DNA of 64,000 nucleotides. Source: Candidatus Bathyarchaeota archaeon (GTDB lineage: Archaea; Thermoproteota; Bathyarchaeia; 40CM-2-53-6). The notes under the pieces are model-generated. The model searched no databases and had not been told where the DNA came from. It saw only the letters and a program-made list of their open reading frames with translations. Position numbers and translations under genes: made by a program. The DNA is taken from the NCBI GenBank assembly GCA_963833125.1, contig CAWHWX010000019.1, forward strand, positions 168,164-232,163, given 5' to 3'. Below, in pieces: positions 48,311-58,058 of this stretch; the first letter of the stretch is position 1; every line of letters starts with the position of its first letter.

Positions 48311-48833
48311 TTCTCTTCGCAATTTCCGTTGGCATCCTATCCCTGTTTTCAAGTGTGATTTCTAGGATTATGCATTTTGAATTCGACCTTATGGATGAGA
48401 TAAGCGGGTGTGAGGCCCGTTTATGAATGGTCCCGAGAAAATGTTTCTGTGAGGCCAAGCCCTTCTCAACGATTTCAACGAATGGGGTGCTGAAGAGTTC
48501 CATCGGGCCAAGCTCGTCAACGACGACGACCTGCGCATCCCTCACCGCCCTCTCAATGGCGCGTACCCCAATGCGGTCAATATCGTTGAGATTTACCCGA
48601 TATTTGCCAACTCGTGGCCCTTCTTGCAGACCAACGTGTGCGAGAGTTCCGCTTTCATGCGTTACCAGGTCCTCAAGACTGAAACCCACTCGTATTCCGC
48701 CTTCACGAATCTCCCCAGATAACACGCCGCCGACCAACATGTCCCGCTGGGATAGCAACTCCGCCGTCTTCCTCACCGCGGTTGTTTTTCCAGATCCAGG
48801 TTCACCAGTGAGAAACAGACGTTGAGGGCCCAT
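48294..48833 (-). CDS. THEP1/NTPase_1 nucleoside triphosphatase
   Basis: TGEPGSGKTT, RVGF, VGKY.V, VDELGPMEL, ENRD. Confidence 0.92.
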   Translation of the reverse strand: MGPQRLFLTGEPGSGKTTAVRKTAELLSQRDMLVGGVLSGEIREGGIRVGFSLEDLVTHESGTLAHVGLQEGPRVGKYRVNLNDIDRIGVRAIERAVRDAQVVVVDELGPMELFSTPFVEIVEKGLASQKHFLGTIHKRASHPLISSIRSNSKCIILEITLENRDRMPTEIAKRIVSNG

Positions 48834-48901
48834 GTTAGTAGCGCAGGTGTCGCAACTATTAACTTCTGGACTACATGCTTACTGCCAGAGCCCATCCACC
48901 C

Positions 48902-49576
48902 TTGGCCAAACTCATAGCGGGCGTTGACGATGCCGGGCGAGGCCCAATCATAGGCCCACTTGTTATCGCTGGCGTACTTATCCCGGATGGTGCTCAACAA
49001 GAACTTAGGGCGATGGGGGTTAGGGATTCGAAGTTACTTACCCCAGAAGCGCGCGTTAGGTTGGATGTAAAGATCCGGTCCGTCGCGACCAAAGTCGCCT
49101 TTGTCGAAGCGCAACCGAAAGAGATCGATGACTTCGTCTTGCATGGTGGACGACTTAGAAGGCTGAACTATCTGGAAGCAAGAATGATGGCTCAAGTGAT
49201 CGGCCAATTATCGCCTGAGGAAGCTTACGTAGATGCATCCGATGTAAATGAAGCGAGATATGCGGAGAGCATTCGTGAATTTCTACCGGACCCATCGAAG
49301 GGAATGAAAATCTTTTCTGAACACCATGCTGACAGAACGTACCCAGTGGTCTCAGCATCGAGTATCATAGCCAAGGTGAGGAGAGATGCCGCAGTCGAAA
49401 GTCTTCGTCGTGACTACGGAGACTTTGGTTCCGGGTATATGACAGACCCCAAAACGATGTCCTTTCTTCGGGACTGGCGTCGCAACCATACCGAGTATCC
49501 GCCAATCGTTCGTTTGTCATGGAAGACGATAAAAGAAATTGAGTCTGAAATTGGTCAGACTCGGTTCGGAACGTAG
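48902..49576 (+). CDS. rnhB: Ribonuclease HII
   Basis: GVDDAGRGPIIGPLV, DSKLL, VSASSIIAKV.RD, GSGY..DP, RLSWKT. Confidence 0.96.
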   Translation: MAKLIAGVDDAGRGPIIGPLVIAGVLIPDGAQQELRAMGVRDSKLLTPEARVRLDVKIRSVATKVAFVEAQPKEIDDFVLHGGRLRRLNYLEARMMAQVIGQLSPEEAYVDASDVNEARYAESIREFLPDPSKGMKIFSEHHADRTYPVVSASSIIAKVRRDAAVESLRRDYGDFGSGYMTDPKTMSFLRDWRRNHTEYPPIVRLSWKTIKEIESEIGQTRFGT

Positions 49577-50049
49577 TCGGACAGTTCCTTAGGTATCCCG
49601 AATCCGATGACTACCAGACTGTGGAACCTTCGAATCAGCTCGCTCACGTCAGGCCTGTAAAGGAAGAGGGGATCATGATCGGAATACATTGAATGATAGC
49701 CAGCGTTCGTTCTTCCCAAGATTTTCTTCACTGTGAATTCTTCAACTCTATCGCCTGAGATCGTGTACACAGACCTCCCTAACTCCATTCTTCGCAAAAC
49801 GATGAAAGGTAGTTTCAGATTCCCATGGTATCCCAATGGAACGATCTTGGCTAATTCTTCGATCTCCGATTTCTTCAAGAGAATCGTAGAGCCGTCAACT
49901 GTAGGAATCGTCGGGTTCTCTTCGGCGAGTAGTTCCTTCAGAGTTCGTCTCTGCTTCGGTAGATGTGTGTTGAGTTTTCTGAGTTCGCGGCTCAGCAGGG
50001 CGTCGAATGTTCTCTCTAACGTGCTCTTTGAAGTGAACATGTAACTCAC
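49555..50049 (-). CDS. DUF61 (UPF0216) family protein
   Basis: LN.HLP..RRTL.ELL.E..P.....DGS......E...L signature; found in archaeal fibrillarin operons. Confidence 0.8.
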   Translation of the reverse strand: MSYMFTSKSTLERTFDALLSRELRKLNTHLPKQRRTLKELLAEENPTIPTVDGSTILLKKSEIEELAKIVPLGYHGNLKLPFIVLRRMELGRSVYTISGDRVEEFTVKKILGRTNAGYHSMYSDHDPLFLYRPDVSELIRRFHSLVVIGFGIPKELSDYVPNRV

Positions 50050-50741
50050 TCGTGAGTCAAGTAGACTAGAGCGTGGTCTTGCTCGTAGGGCTCAAGTCTG
50101 ACTGTTTGAATCATTTTGAAGCGTCTCTGACGAAGCATTGCTATCTCCTGTTTGAAAACGTCGCTTGGTTCCATCGTCACATCGACGCTCCTCGACTTAA
50201 TTACTATAAGGGCCGCCCCTTGCGGTTTCAGGAAAAGTTCTGCGTTGTCTGCTAGAATTCTGGCTTGCTCGGGTTGAGCAACGTCGGAGTAGATCACGTC
50301 GACCTGCCCTACGATGGACCTATACTTTTCGGGTAGGCGAGCATCGGCAAGGACTGGGTATACATTGGCGCGTTGTTCGCAGAGAGTGTCGATTAGCTCA
50401 CGCATGCTTCGTTGAGCAAATTCCACACAGTAGACTCGTCCAGCGTCTTCGACAATATCGCTAATATGGCTGGCTGTAGTCCCAGACGCGGATCCTAAGT
50501 AAAGCACATTCGTGCCAGACCGAATGGGTAGGGTGTCTAGGTGGCGTAGTATCGCTGCTGACAGTTTACTCCTATAAGCGTCCCAGGTCCGATATTCTGA
50601 CTCGCCGTCGCTGACCAGTCTCTCTCCATATACGCTGAATGTCGGAGCTAGATTCTTTGTTGCCAAACGCCTGCTATGATCTTCGAGGGAGACCCAGTAG
50701 ACGCCCTCAAACTTCTCATGGGGCTTAACGTCTGCGTGCAT
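50046..50741 (-). CDS. flpA: Fibrillarin-like rRNA/tRNA 2'-O-methyltransferase
   Basis: VYGE, YR.W..RSKL.AAI, VLYLGSASGTT.SH, DVAQPEQA, IKSRSVD. Confidence 0.96.
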   Translation of the reverse strand: MHADVKPHEKFEGVYWVSLEDHSRRLATKNLAPTFSVYGERLVSDGESEYRTWDAYRSKLSAAILRHLDTLPIRSGTNVLYLGSASGTTASHISDIVEDAGRVYCVEFAQRSMRELIDTLCEQRANVYPVLADARLPEKYRSIVGQVDVIYSDVAQPEQARILADNAELFLKPQGAALIVIKSRSVDVTMEPSDVFKQEIAMLRQRRFKMIQTVRLEPYEQDHALVYLTHE

Positions 50742-51949
50742 ATTCTTTCTTCTTCGTGGGCGGTGGAGGAGGGGTCTTATACCTCTCTTTTATCTCGTCA
50801 ACCTTCTTACTGACACTATCCCTAAGTTTCTCCCCGACAAAGTCTCCCCCGAAAGCGTCAACCCTCGATGCTATACTGAGTTTTCCTGACAACGCCCTCG
50901 CAATCTTTCCCCTCTGCCATCGGGGCGATTGGTGGATGGCAGTGTTTTGGAATATCACGCCATGTTTCGGAGGCCAGCGCTCCGGTCTTCAGTGAACGGA
51001 AGAGAGCCTTCTCCGCGCCGAGAACCTGCAGGGTGCTCGCAGGCATTTTCGCTAGATTCTCGAGACTTCCCGCATTGAGATCAGTCTCGCTGAAAGCGAG
51101 GCTCCCACAATGGCTGTCATGTTTGGAGCGATTTGTTTGAGAGAGTCCTCAACGAAGCTTTCGCTTTTCTCCCTGAACTTGTATAAGTCCAACATGAGCC
51201 CACAAAAGGCTTGCAGGACTTTCAAATCTGACTCGTCTATGTTCCCACCCATCGACCTCGACGCTGCCTTCGCCAGTTCCTCGGCTTTCTCCGATGGCAC
51301 ACCCTCGCCCACTAGGGCTTCGGATGTGAAGTTGCGCCTATTTCCTAGCTTAGCCACAAGCCGAGCGTACATGTCATGTTTCTCAACGAGCCTGTCCATT
51401 TCCGGAAAATGAAGCCCATACCATTCACGAACTCGGCCGGCAAGAAGGTTCAGCACCTTGTCCAAGTCGTCCATCGCGCGGACGGCCTGCACCGCGCTCA
51501 AATCGCGCTTTGCAGCTGCGCTAGCGATTCCCAATCTTGCTAGCTCCAGGGTTACCTTTCGTGCGAAATCATTGTAGGCACGTGGAGTCTTGAGTGAGGG
51601 TGTGGCGAGGGTTTGCTCGTTCAACCACTTGTCGCGATCTTTCTCTTCTGAGGCAAGCCGGTTGCGGAATCTTTCTGCGAGGGGGAATGCCCTTAGCTGA
51701 GGTTGTGATTCCTCCTTCCGTTTGGGCCGTGCGCGCCAGTCTTTCACTTTCGAATACGATCGGGGAGTACTTCCCAGAGGTCCGTTTCAGCACTTCCAGA
51801 ATCGGTGCGCTAATCTTGCCGTCTTGAATATTCTTGAGCTCTAATGCGGCGTTTTTCGGATCAGTTGAGAACAGTGACTTTTCGAGGATGTCTCCTTTCT
51901 CATCTAGAATAAAGATGCCAACTGGCGTTTCGATGAAATATGCTTCCAA
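50725..51949 (-). CDS. nop5: C/D RNP core protein Nop5 (Nop56/58), about 3 apparent frameshifts
   Basis: [53 protein letters not shown]. Confidence 0.93.
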
Positions 51950-52198
51950 GTCGCGGTTCTCCGATTCAATCCGGTGCTTCAGTGAAGGGTAGTTGTTCGC
52001 GGCTTGAATAAAGCTTTGGCAACGTTCTGGTATCGCTATTGGCCAAAGTCTCGTTGATTGACTACGCGGCCCTAAATGTCAAACCAAGATTTAGCCGACG
52101 ATTGAGTTGGTGGGGCAGAGAGTCCCATGGTCGCTGAGGCGTGAATGCGCTACTAGAATTGAGTTCGGAAAAAACGAAGGGCTAGAGGATATGTGTGA

Positions 52199-52378
52199 TT
52201 ACTTTTTCTTCTTCGTTTGCTTGGTCCAGGTTGAAAGGACTTTGCTGATCTCTTCCGGCCATTGGATCTCTCCTCCGCACTTGTCGCAGTACTTGTTGTT
52301 GAGGAATACTTCGCGCTTGCAATTCTCGCAGAAGAACCGTTTCTGTTTCTGTAGTTGAAGATTCTCAGTTACAGTCAT
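52199..52378 (-). CDS. Small zinc-ribbon protein (59 aa)
   Basis: Own translation: MTVTENLQLQKQKRFFCENCKREVFLNNKYCDKCGGEIQWPEEISKVLSTWTKQTKKKK; CxxC-x10-CxxCG. Confidence 0.75.
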   Translation of the reverse strand: MTVTENLQLQKQKRFFCENCKREVFLNNKYCDKCGGEIQWPEEISKVLSTWTKQTKKKK

Positions 52379-52567
52379 ACTCTTTGCCCCGAATCGTTTG
52401 GCCTAACTAAGAGAAGGGAATATGTTGATTTACGCTGTCTCGGAATCAATATCGACCCTCGTCAACGGCGTCTTTTCACAACAATACAGCAAAAGCCGTG
52501 CAGTGAGAATTGCCAACTCTCTACGGTTTGGATGATTATGCGCGTCTCATTGCGGGACTGGATGCAG

Positions 52568-54166
52568 TTAAGAGGTAACGTTAACTTGGGTCGAGTTATA
52601 ACCCGCCGCGCCATTCGGGAATGGTTGCGAATTACTCGAGTCTTGGACTTGTCCAGTTCCGTCGGTTGCCCTCACGATTATGGTTTGGTTTCCATTCGTC
52701 GTTGGTGTCCAATTATACGCCCATAAGACCCAAGAGTAAGGTGACTTCGGAGTTTTCAGTTCGGCCACGTTCCAGGTAGATCCGCCATCAGTGCTAACTT
52801 CAACTTTGCTGATGCCCCTGTCCCCAGCGAAGGCCACTCCTGCGATTGGTAGTGAGCCACTAACCTGGGCGCCGGATTGTGGGTAATAGATGATTGACGT
52901 CGTGTGTATTTGGGCATCATTTGTCCACCCCCGTTCTTGCCAGTATCCGAGGTAGACGCTGTCCGACACCTCGATCCCAGTAATCCACTTCGCATTCATC
53001 ATCCCATAGAGCCCAGGTATGATGGCTCGCAACGGAGAACCATGTTCCGCGGGAAGCAGCGCGTCATTCATTTTGTATGCTAGCAAGGCGCCGGGCTCAA
53101 GAGCCCTTTCCAAAGGTATGCCAACCGAATATCCCTCGGCACAATGGAAGATAACGGAGACAGCGTCGGAGTTGAGCCCCGCTTGGTTCAGAATCGTTGC
53201 GAGAGGAACCCCACTCCATTTCCCGTTGCTGATTAGCGCGCCAGGTGGATCGACAGTATTACTTACGCACTCTAGAGTCGCGTACTCATCTGAAGTTGTC
53301 ATAACTTGAAGGTCACTCATTGTGATTGTGAGCGGTTTGTTCACTTTTCCAGTGACGTTCAGCGTCCATTGGTTGAAATCAAGCTGTGGTGGGAAGGGAT
53401 CAATATCCACTCGGTAGAAAATTCGGGTATCGGTTACTTCTGACGCAATTAAATTAGCGATGCGCGGGTCACTAAAGATATCGGGTGCCCCGGTCAGACT
53501 AACCGAACTCGTTTCGGTGTTGACTGGGATTGGAGTATTACTTTGGATTACGGGTTGACCAGAAAACAGTGACAGCCCCACTCTAGAGGCGAAATATACA
53601 ACCGTTATCGCTAACACGCCCAAACCAACTCGCTTCAAAAGTTTGCGTCTCTCCGGGGCCAAGGTTATTGTTGGCTGAGTCACTATGGGGTGACCGATTT
53701 GCACGCTCGAAACTACGTACGCCGAGAACCCAAGATTAATTGCAACTGCGAGGGCCGCGACGAGGCCCCAGCCCGATATTGATGAGAGCACCGATACGCT
53801 CGAAGCGAATTCGGCTTCGAGTCCCAAGCTCAGAACTGTCGTGATGATCGTCCCGATGCCGATCAGCCCCCATTTGGTGGCTCTGCGCCTTGAGAGAAGG
53901 CCGATCAGGATTCCGATTGCACCGTAAATGATTACGAAGATGACCGAGGCGAATGTCAGGGCGCCGTATTTCGCGTATTGGCGGAAATTGTCGACCACAA
54001 CTGATTGAACTGACCCTTGCACGGGATTGATTAATCCTTGGAAAATAGCTTCAGGCGGATATGGTAACCCAAGTAGTTCAGTGCCAACATAGAATACCAG
54101 GGTTGCAATTGCGCCGGCGAGTATGCCTATCAGAAAACATCGTTTGTAAGAGTGTACAGAATTCAA
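52568..54166 (-). CDS. Membrane-anchored sulfite-oxidase-family molybdoenzyme
   Basis: Four N-terminal TMs, RRKLLK plus a fifth TM, then FYRVD, TLECVSN, HGSPLR..IPGLYG...AKW, GYWQERGW and the dimerisation domain. Confidence 0.92.
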   Translation of the reverse strand: MNSVHSYKRCFLIGILAGAIATLVFYVGTELLGLPYPPEAIFQGLINPVQGSVQSVVVDNFRQYAKYGALTFASVIFVIIYGAIGILIGLLSRRRATKWGLIGIGTIITTVLSLGLEAEFASSVSVLSSISGWGLVAALAVAINLGFSAYVVSSVQIGHPIVTQPTITLAPERRKLLKRVGLGVLAITVVYFASRVGLSLFSGQPVIQSNTPIPVNTETSSVSLTGAPDIFSDPRIANLIASEVTDTRIFYRVDIDPFPPQLDFNQWTLNVTGKVNKPLTITMSDLQVMTTSDEYATLECVSNTVDPPGALISNGKWSGVPLATILNQAGLNSDAVSVIFHCAEGYSVGIPLERALEPGALLAYKMNDALLPAEHGSPLRAIIPGLYGMMNAKWITGIEVSDSVYLGYWQERGWTNDAQIHTTSIIYYPQSGAQVSGSLPIAGVAFAGDRGISKVEVSTDGGSTWNVAELKTPKSPYSWVLWAYNWTPTTNGNQTIIVRATDGTGQVQDSSNSQPFPNGAAGYNSTQVNVTS

Positions 54167-54341
54167 GCAGCGCCCTCCCTAGTTGTAACTCCGCATGTTG
54201 AAAAAGCTTCAGGCCAGATGAAGCCCCGAATGCATGGATTCTCAACTTTGCAGATAGCCGTAATCTCGATTTTTAGAGCTGCCATTGCTCTTCGGGTTTA
54301 GACGGCTAAGATACTCGATATAGCGATAGACCAAGATAAGG

Positions 54342-54359
54342 CCCAATTTATGCCCAAAT
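54342..54359 (-). promoter_or_regulatory. Operator-like motif ATTTGGGC-N2-AAATTGGG
   Basis: 16/18 identical to the reverse complement of 54715-54732, which lies inside the 3' end of the ArsR gene. Confidence 0.55.
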
Positions 54360-54447
54360 ATTATGGGGAATGGCCAGGGCTATTAGGAGACGTCAAACAT
54401 CCTGACCCTCGATAGCAATTCACTTCTCTTGAGGAGGAAGGCGTAAT

Positions 54448-54768
54448 TTGTCAAGCGCGGTTAGGCGTCTTATTTGGTGGGTCTTCACCGGAAGTCGAGG
54501 AGGGCCAAACCGTGCTAGGTTAGTGGTAGCTGTCAAGGAAAAGCCCATGAATGCGAATCAAATCGCAACCCAACTCGGAATGGATTACAAAACGGCGAGG
54601 CACCACCTGCATGTACTCCTGAAGAATCATCTAATTGTCGAAGCAGGCGAAGGCTACGGCGCCATGTACTTCGTTTCACCTGAACTCGAACAGAATTACG
54701 ATGAATTCCTTCGGATTTGGGCTAAAATTGGGGGAACGCAGATAACTGGCCCAGGCGAAGAGCCGTGA
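54448..54768 (+). CDS. ArsR-family winged-helix regulator
   Basis: LIWW.F.GSRGG.NR, PMNANQIA..L.MDYKT.RHHL.VL, YGAMYF. Confidence 0.9.
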   Translation: MSSAVRRLIWWVFTGSRGGPNRARLVVAVKEKPMNANQIATQLGMDYKTARHHLHVLLKNHLIVEAGEGYGAMYFVSPELEQNYDEFLRIWAKIGGTQITGPGEEP

Positions 54769-54875
54769 AAACATATGCGAACACTACCAATCCTTCTGCT
54801 TCGTAGCCATTTCAATACTGACCCCCCTGAGGGTATCTATCTGCTGAAAATGGGTTGAGTTGTTTGGAAGAAATT

Positions 54876-55151
54876 ATGGCTCAAATCGTCGCTTTCTTCT
54901 CTTTCCTAAATGTGATACTTTTGATTGGGTTGATTTGGATCTACTTGAGCAGCTTTAGGAAAGTACGGGCACAATTCACATTGGGTTTAGTTTTCTTCGC
55001 GGCCCTATTCTTGGTTCAGAACCTGATTGCACTCTACTCCTTCCTCACTATGTTCATGTACTACGCCGCAGGGGTTACTGGGATAGTGTTGGCGATAACG
55101 ATGGTTCAAACGGCGGCACTGAGCATCATGCTTTGGACGGGTCTACGTTAA
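54876..55151 (+). CDS. Small 3-TM membrane protein associated with the ArsR regulator
   Basis: N..LL..L..IY..S.RK.RA.FTLGL..FA..FL.QN pattern. Confidence 0.8.
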   Translation: MAQIVAFFSFLNVILLIGLIWIYLSSFRKVRAQFTLGLVFFAALFLVQNLIALYSFLTMFMYYAAGVTGIVLAITMVQTAALSIMLWTGLR

Positions 55152-55171
55152 GACATAGAAGAGGGAGAAGG

Positions 55172-55507
55172 TTGCGCCGAAAGCCGGCAGCGGGGCAAGG
55201 AAGTAAGAAACTTAGAGAATACCTACCAGGCACCTTCGACAAACGTGTAGCATATGGTCAGAGGGAACGTAAGCTCATACTTGTCGCTAGAGGTATTCTA
55301 CACGGATTCAAGGTCAAGTGCGCCTCAGAGAAGGCCGCAAGCAACCTGGCATTCAGCCTGAGAATTCGAGCCGCACGGCTTGCATCAAGCGAGAACTATG
55401 GCTTTGCGCCAAAGGTGAAGGTTGAGGGAGTGAAGGTAAAGGTGGTGGGCGTGCCCAAGCGTGGTTCACCCGTAAGACTCATCGCAGCGGAAGATTCGGC
55501 AATTTGA
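55172..55507 (+). CDS. Hypothetical basic protein
   Basis: Open frame filling the intergenic gap with purine-rich SD-like sequence before TTG; no motif recognised. Confidence 0.4.
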   Translation: MRRKPAAGQGSKKLREYLPGTFDKRVAYGQRERKLILVARGILHGFKVKCASEKAASNLAFSLRIRAARLASSENYGFAPKVKVEGVKVKVVGVPKRGSPVRLIAAEDSAI

Positions 55508-55566
55508 TCCTCCCCTCTTACAGGAAGACTTAGTAGCCATTTCAACATTGGAAAATATGTCTACAC

Positions 55567-56478
55567 ATGAAATTCGGCGTTTGCATACCTAACTACGGTG
55601 AAACGCTCTCAGTTGACTCGATGCGAACAGTAGCAGTTGAAGCGGAGAAGATGGGTTACGAATCGATTTGGACAACCGACCATCTCCTCATGCCCCTCAA
55701 GAGTGGCACGCCATATGAAAAAATCTTGGAAAGCATAACCTCCCTGGCGTACCTAGCGGCACATACGACGACGGTGAAGCTTGGCATCTCCTCACTTATC
55801 CTGGCGATGAGAAATCCAGTCGTCGCCCTCAAACAACTTGCCACAGTAGATCAGCTTAGCAACGGAAGAGTAATTCTTGCGACAAGCGCTGGATGGAATG
55901 AGAAAGAGTTCGCCCACCTTGGTTCAAATTTCCACACACGCGGAAAGAGGCTAGATGAATCCATTAAACTCGCTAGAACATTGTGGGCGGAGGGAGCGAC
56001 GGTCGACTTCCAAGGACGGAACATTCCGCACAAAATTACCAATGCAGTGTTCGAACCCAAACCTATCCAGAGGCATTTGGAAATCTGGATCGCCGGAGCA
56101 AGTAAAGCTGCAATGAAGCGAGCAATATCCCTCGGGGATGCTTGGCACCCAAACGTGAGCCCACTCCCGTCGTTCAAGGAGCTTGTCGCAGAGTTTAGGA
56201 ACCTGCCTGGCGGAATGGAGAAACCTATCTCCGTCAGAATTCCAGTTAACATTAAGACCAAAGAGTCGATATTCGTAGGACCACAGGGAGATCATCGATT
56301 AATTCTATCGGGGAACATGCCGGAAAACAAGAACACGATCGCAGAACTCCAGAAGCTGGGCGTATCATACACCCTCGTAACCCCCAGCCCGAGTGGCACG
56401 ACGACGCTCGCCGATCAAGTGGAGAGTTTGCGGGCCATATCCGAGAACTTCATCCGAAAATCGGAGTACATAGCCTAA
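55567..56478 (+). CDS. LLM-class (probably F420-dependent) oxidoreductase
   Basis: AEKMGYESIWTTDH, RNPVV..KQ.ATVDQLSNGR, GW.E.EF..LG, IWIAG.S..AM.RA. Confidence 0.9.
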   Translation: MKFGVCIPNYGETLSVDSMRTVAVEAEKMGYESIWTTDHLLMPLKSGTPYEKILESITSLAYLAAHTTTVKLGISSLILAMRNPVVALKQLATVDQLSNGRVILATSAGWNEKEFAHLGSNFHTRGKRLDESIKLARTLWAEGATVDFQGRNIPHKITNAVFEPKPIQRHLEIWIAGASKAAMKRAISLGDAWHPNVSPLPSFKELVAEFRNLPGGMEKPISVRIPVNIKTKESIFVGPQGDHRLILSGNMPENKNTIAELQKLGVSYTLVTPSPSGTTTLADQVESLRAISENFIRKSEYIA

Positions 56479-56500
56479 CTGGACCAGGAGCTTCAATGGA

Positions 56501-57048
56501 ATGTGTGCGAGCATAGTGTCAGTCAATTTAGGGCAAGTTCGCGGTGGTTGAGTGGCAAGGTCAAAAGTTTTCGACGGGCATATTCAAGACCTCAGTTAAG
56601 GGCTCCGTTCGAGTGGAGACTCTTGGTTTGCAGGGGGATGTACAGGCCGACCTTACCGTTCACGGGGGCAAGGAGAAGGCTGTGTACGCTTATCCTTCCG
56701 AGCATTACGAGTATTGGAATAATCAGTTGCAGGCCGATTTGCGATGGGGTATGTTTGGAGAAAACCTTACAACTCAAGGACTCTCGGAGGAGTCAGTGCA
56801 TGTTGGCGATTCCTTTCGAGTTGGTTCAGCGGAATTGATCGTAACGCAGCCACGATTCCCATGCTATAAGCTTGGAATGAAGTTCGGTTCAATGGAGATG
56901 GTGAAACGTTTCCAGCTGAGCGGACGAAGCGGTTTCTACCTTGCCGTCTTGAAGGAAGGTATCATCGCAGACGGGAGACCAGATCGGAGTAGTCACCGTC
57001 AATCCGAGCTCCCCTACTGTTGCGGAGATATTCAAGTCAAAACAATAA
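56501..57048 (+). CDS. MOSC (YiiM-like) domain protein, two apparent frameshifts
   Basis: SIVSVNLG, TGIFK, GDVQAD..VHGG.EKAV, FGENLT, QPRFPCYKL, SGFYL.V. Confidence 0.85.
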
Positions 57049-57072
57049 TGATGTGGATTGAGAGGGAAAGAT

Positions 57073-58032
57073 ATGAAAGCCATTCGAGTGCACGAGTTCG
57101 GCCCTCCGGACGTGATGCGGCTTGAAGACGTTCCTGACCCGGAAGCAGGTGTTGGAGAAGTTGTTGTCCGCATCGGGGCGGCGGGTGTCAACCCAGTTGA
57201 CGCATACGTCCGAGCTGGCAGTTACGCAAGAAAACCATCACTGCCCTACACTCCTGGTAGTGACGCGGGGGGCGTGGTTGAATCCGTAGGCAAGGATGTG
57301 GCTGTGAAGGTTGGTACACATGTGTACCTCTCAGGGACTCTGACTGGAACCTACGCAGAGAAGGCGCTTTGTAAGGAGGCAGATGTGCACGAGCTACCGT
57401 CTGCATTAACCTTCTCTCAAGGGGCGGCGATCAACGTTCCCTATGCCACCGCCTACCGTGCCCTATTCCAACGAGCACATGCGGCTGCCGGAGAGTTTGT
57501 GCTAGTTCATGGCGCGAGCGGTGGAGTAGGAATTGCTGCGATACAGCTTGCACGTGCCGCAGGTTTACGCGTTTTGGGGACCGCAGGGTCTCCGAAGGGA
57601 ATGGAACTCGTGCTCCAGGAAGGAGCACACTACGCCTTAGAGCACAAAGCTCCTGATCATTTCGAAAAAACCCTAGCGATAACGAACGGAAGAGGGGTAG
57701 ATGTCGTGTTAGAGATGTTAGCAAATCTGAACCTTGGAAAAGATCTGAAGCTTCTCGCTCCTGGAGGGCGGATAGTCGTTATAGGAAGTAGGGGCCCAGC
57801 GGAGATAGATCCACGCGATACTATGGTGCGTGATGCCGCCGTCTTGGGTATGCTGTTGTTCAACGCCTCGGAACGAGATTTGAAGTCAGTTCATAGCGCT
57901 CTTTTCGCAGGGTTGGAAAATGGAGTTCTCAGGCCTATCGTGGGGAAAGAGTTGCCGTTGGCCGAGGCGCCTAAAGCGCATGAGGATATTCTGAACTCGA
58001 GTGCTTACGGAAAAATAGTTCTAATCCCCTGA
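57073..58032 (+). CDS. NADPH:quinone reductase (zeta-crystallin-like MDR)
   Basis: GVNPVD.Y.R.G, PG.D..G.V, VHGASGGVG, GKIVL. Confidence 0.92.
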   Translation: MKAIRVHEFGPPDVMRLEDVPDPEAGVGEVVVRIGAAGVNPVDAYVRAGSYARKPSLPYTPGSDAGGVVESVGKDVAVKVGTHVYLSGTLTGTYAEKALCKEADVHELPSALTFSQGAAINVPYATAYRALFQRAHAAAGEFVLVHGASGGVGIAAIQLARAAGLRVLGTAGSPKGMELVLQEGAHYALEHKAPDHFEKTLAITNGRGVDVVLEMLANLNLGKDLKLLAPGGRIVVIGSRGPAEIDPRDTMVRDAAVLGMLLFNASERDLKSVHSALFAGLENGVLRPIVGKELPLAEAPKAHEDILNSSAYGKIVLIP

Positions 58033-58058
58033 AAATGAATCTGTAGGACTGTTCAAAC

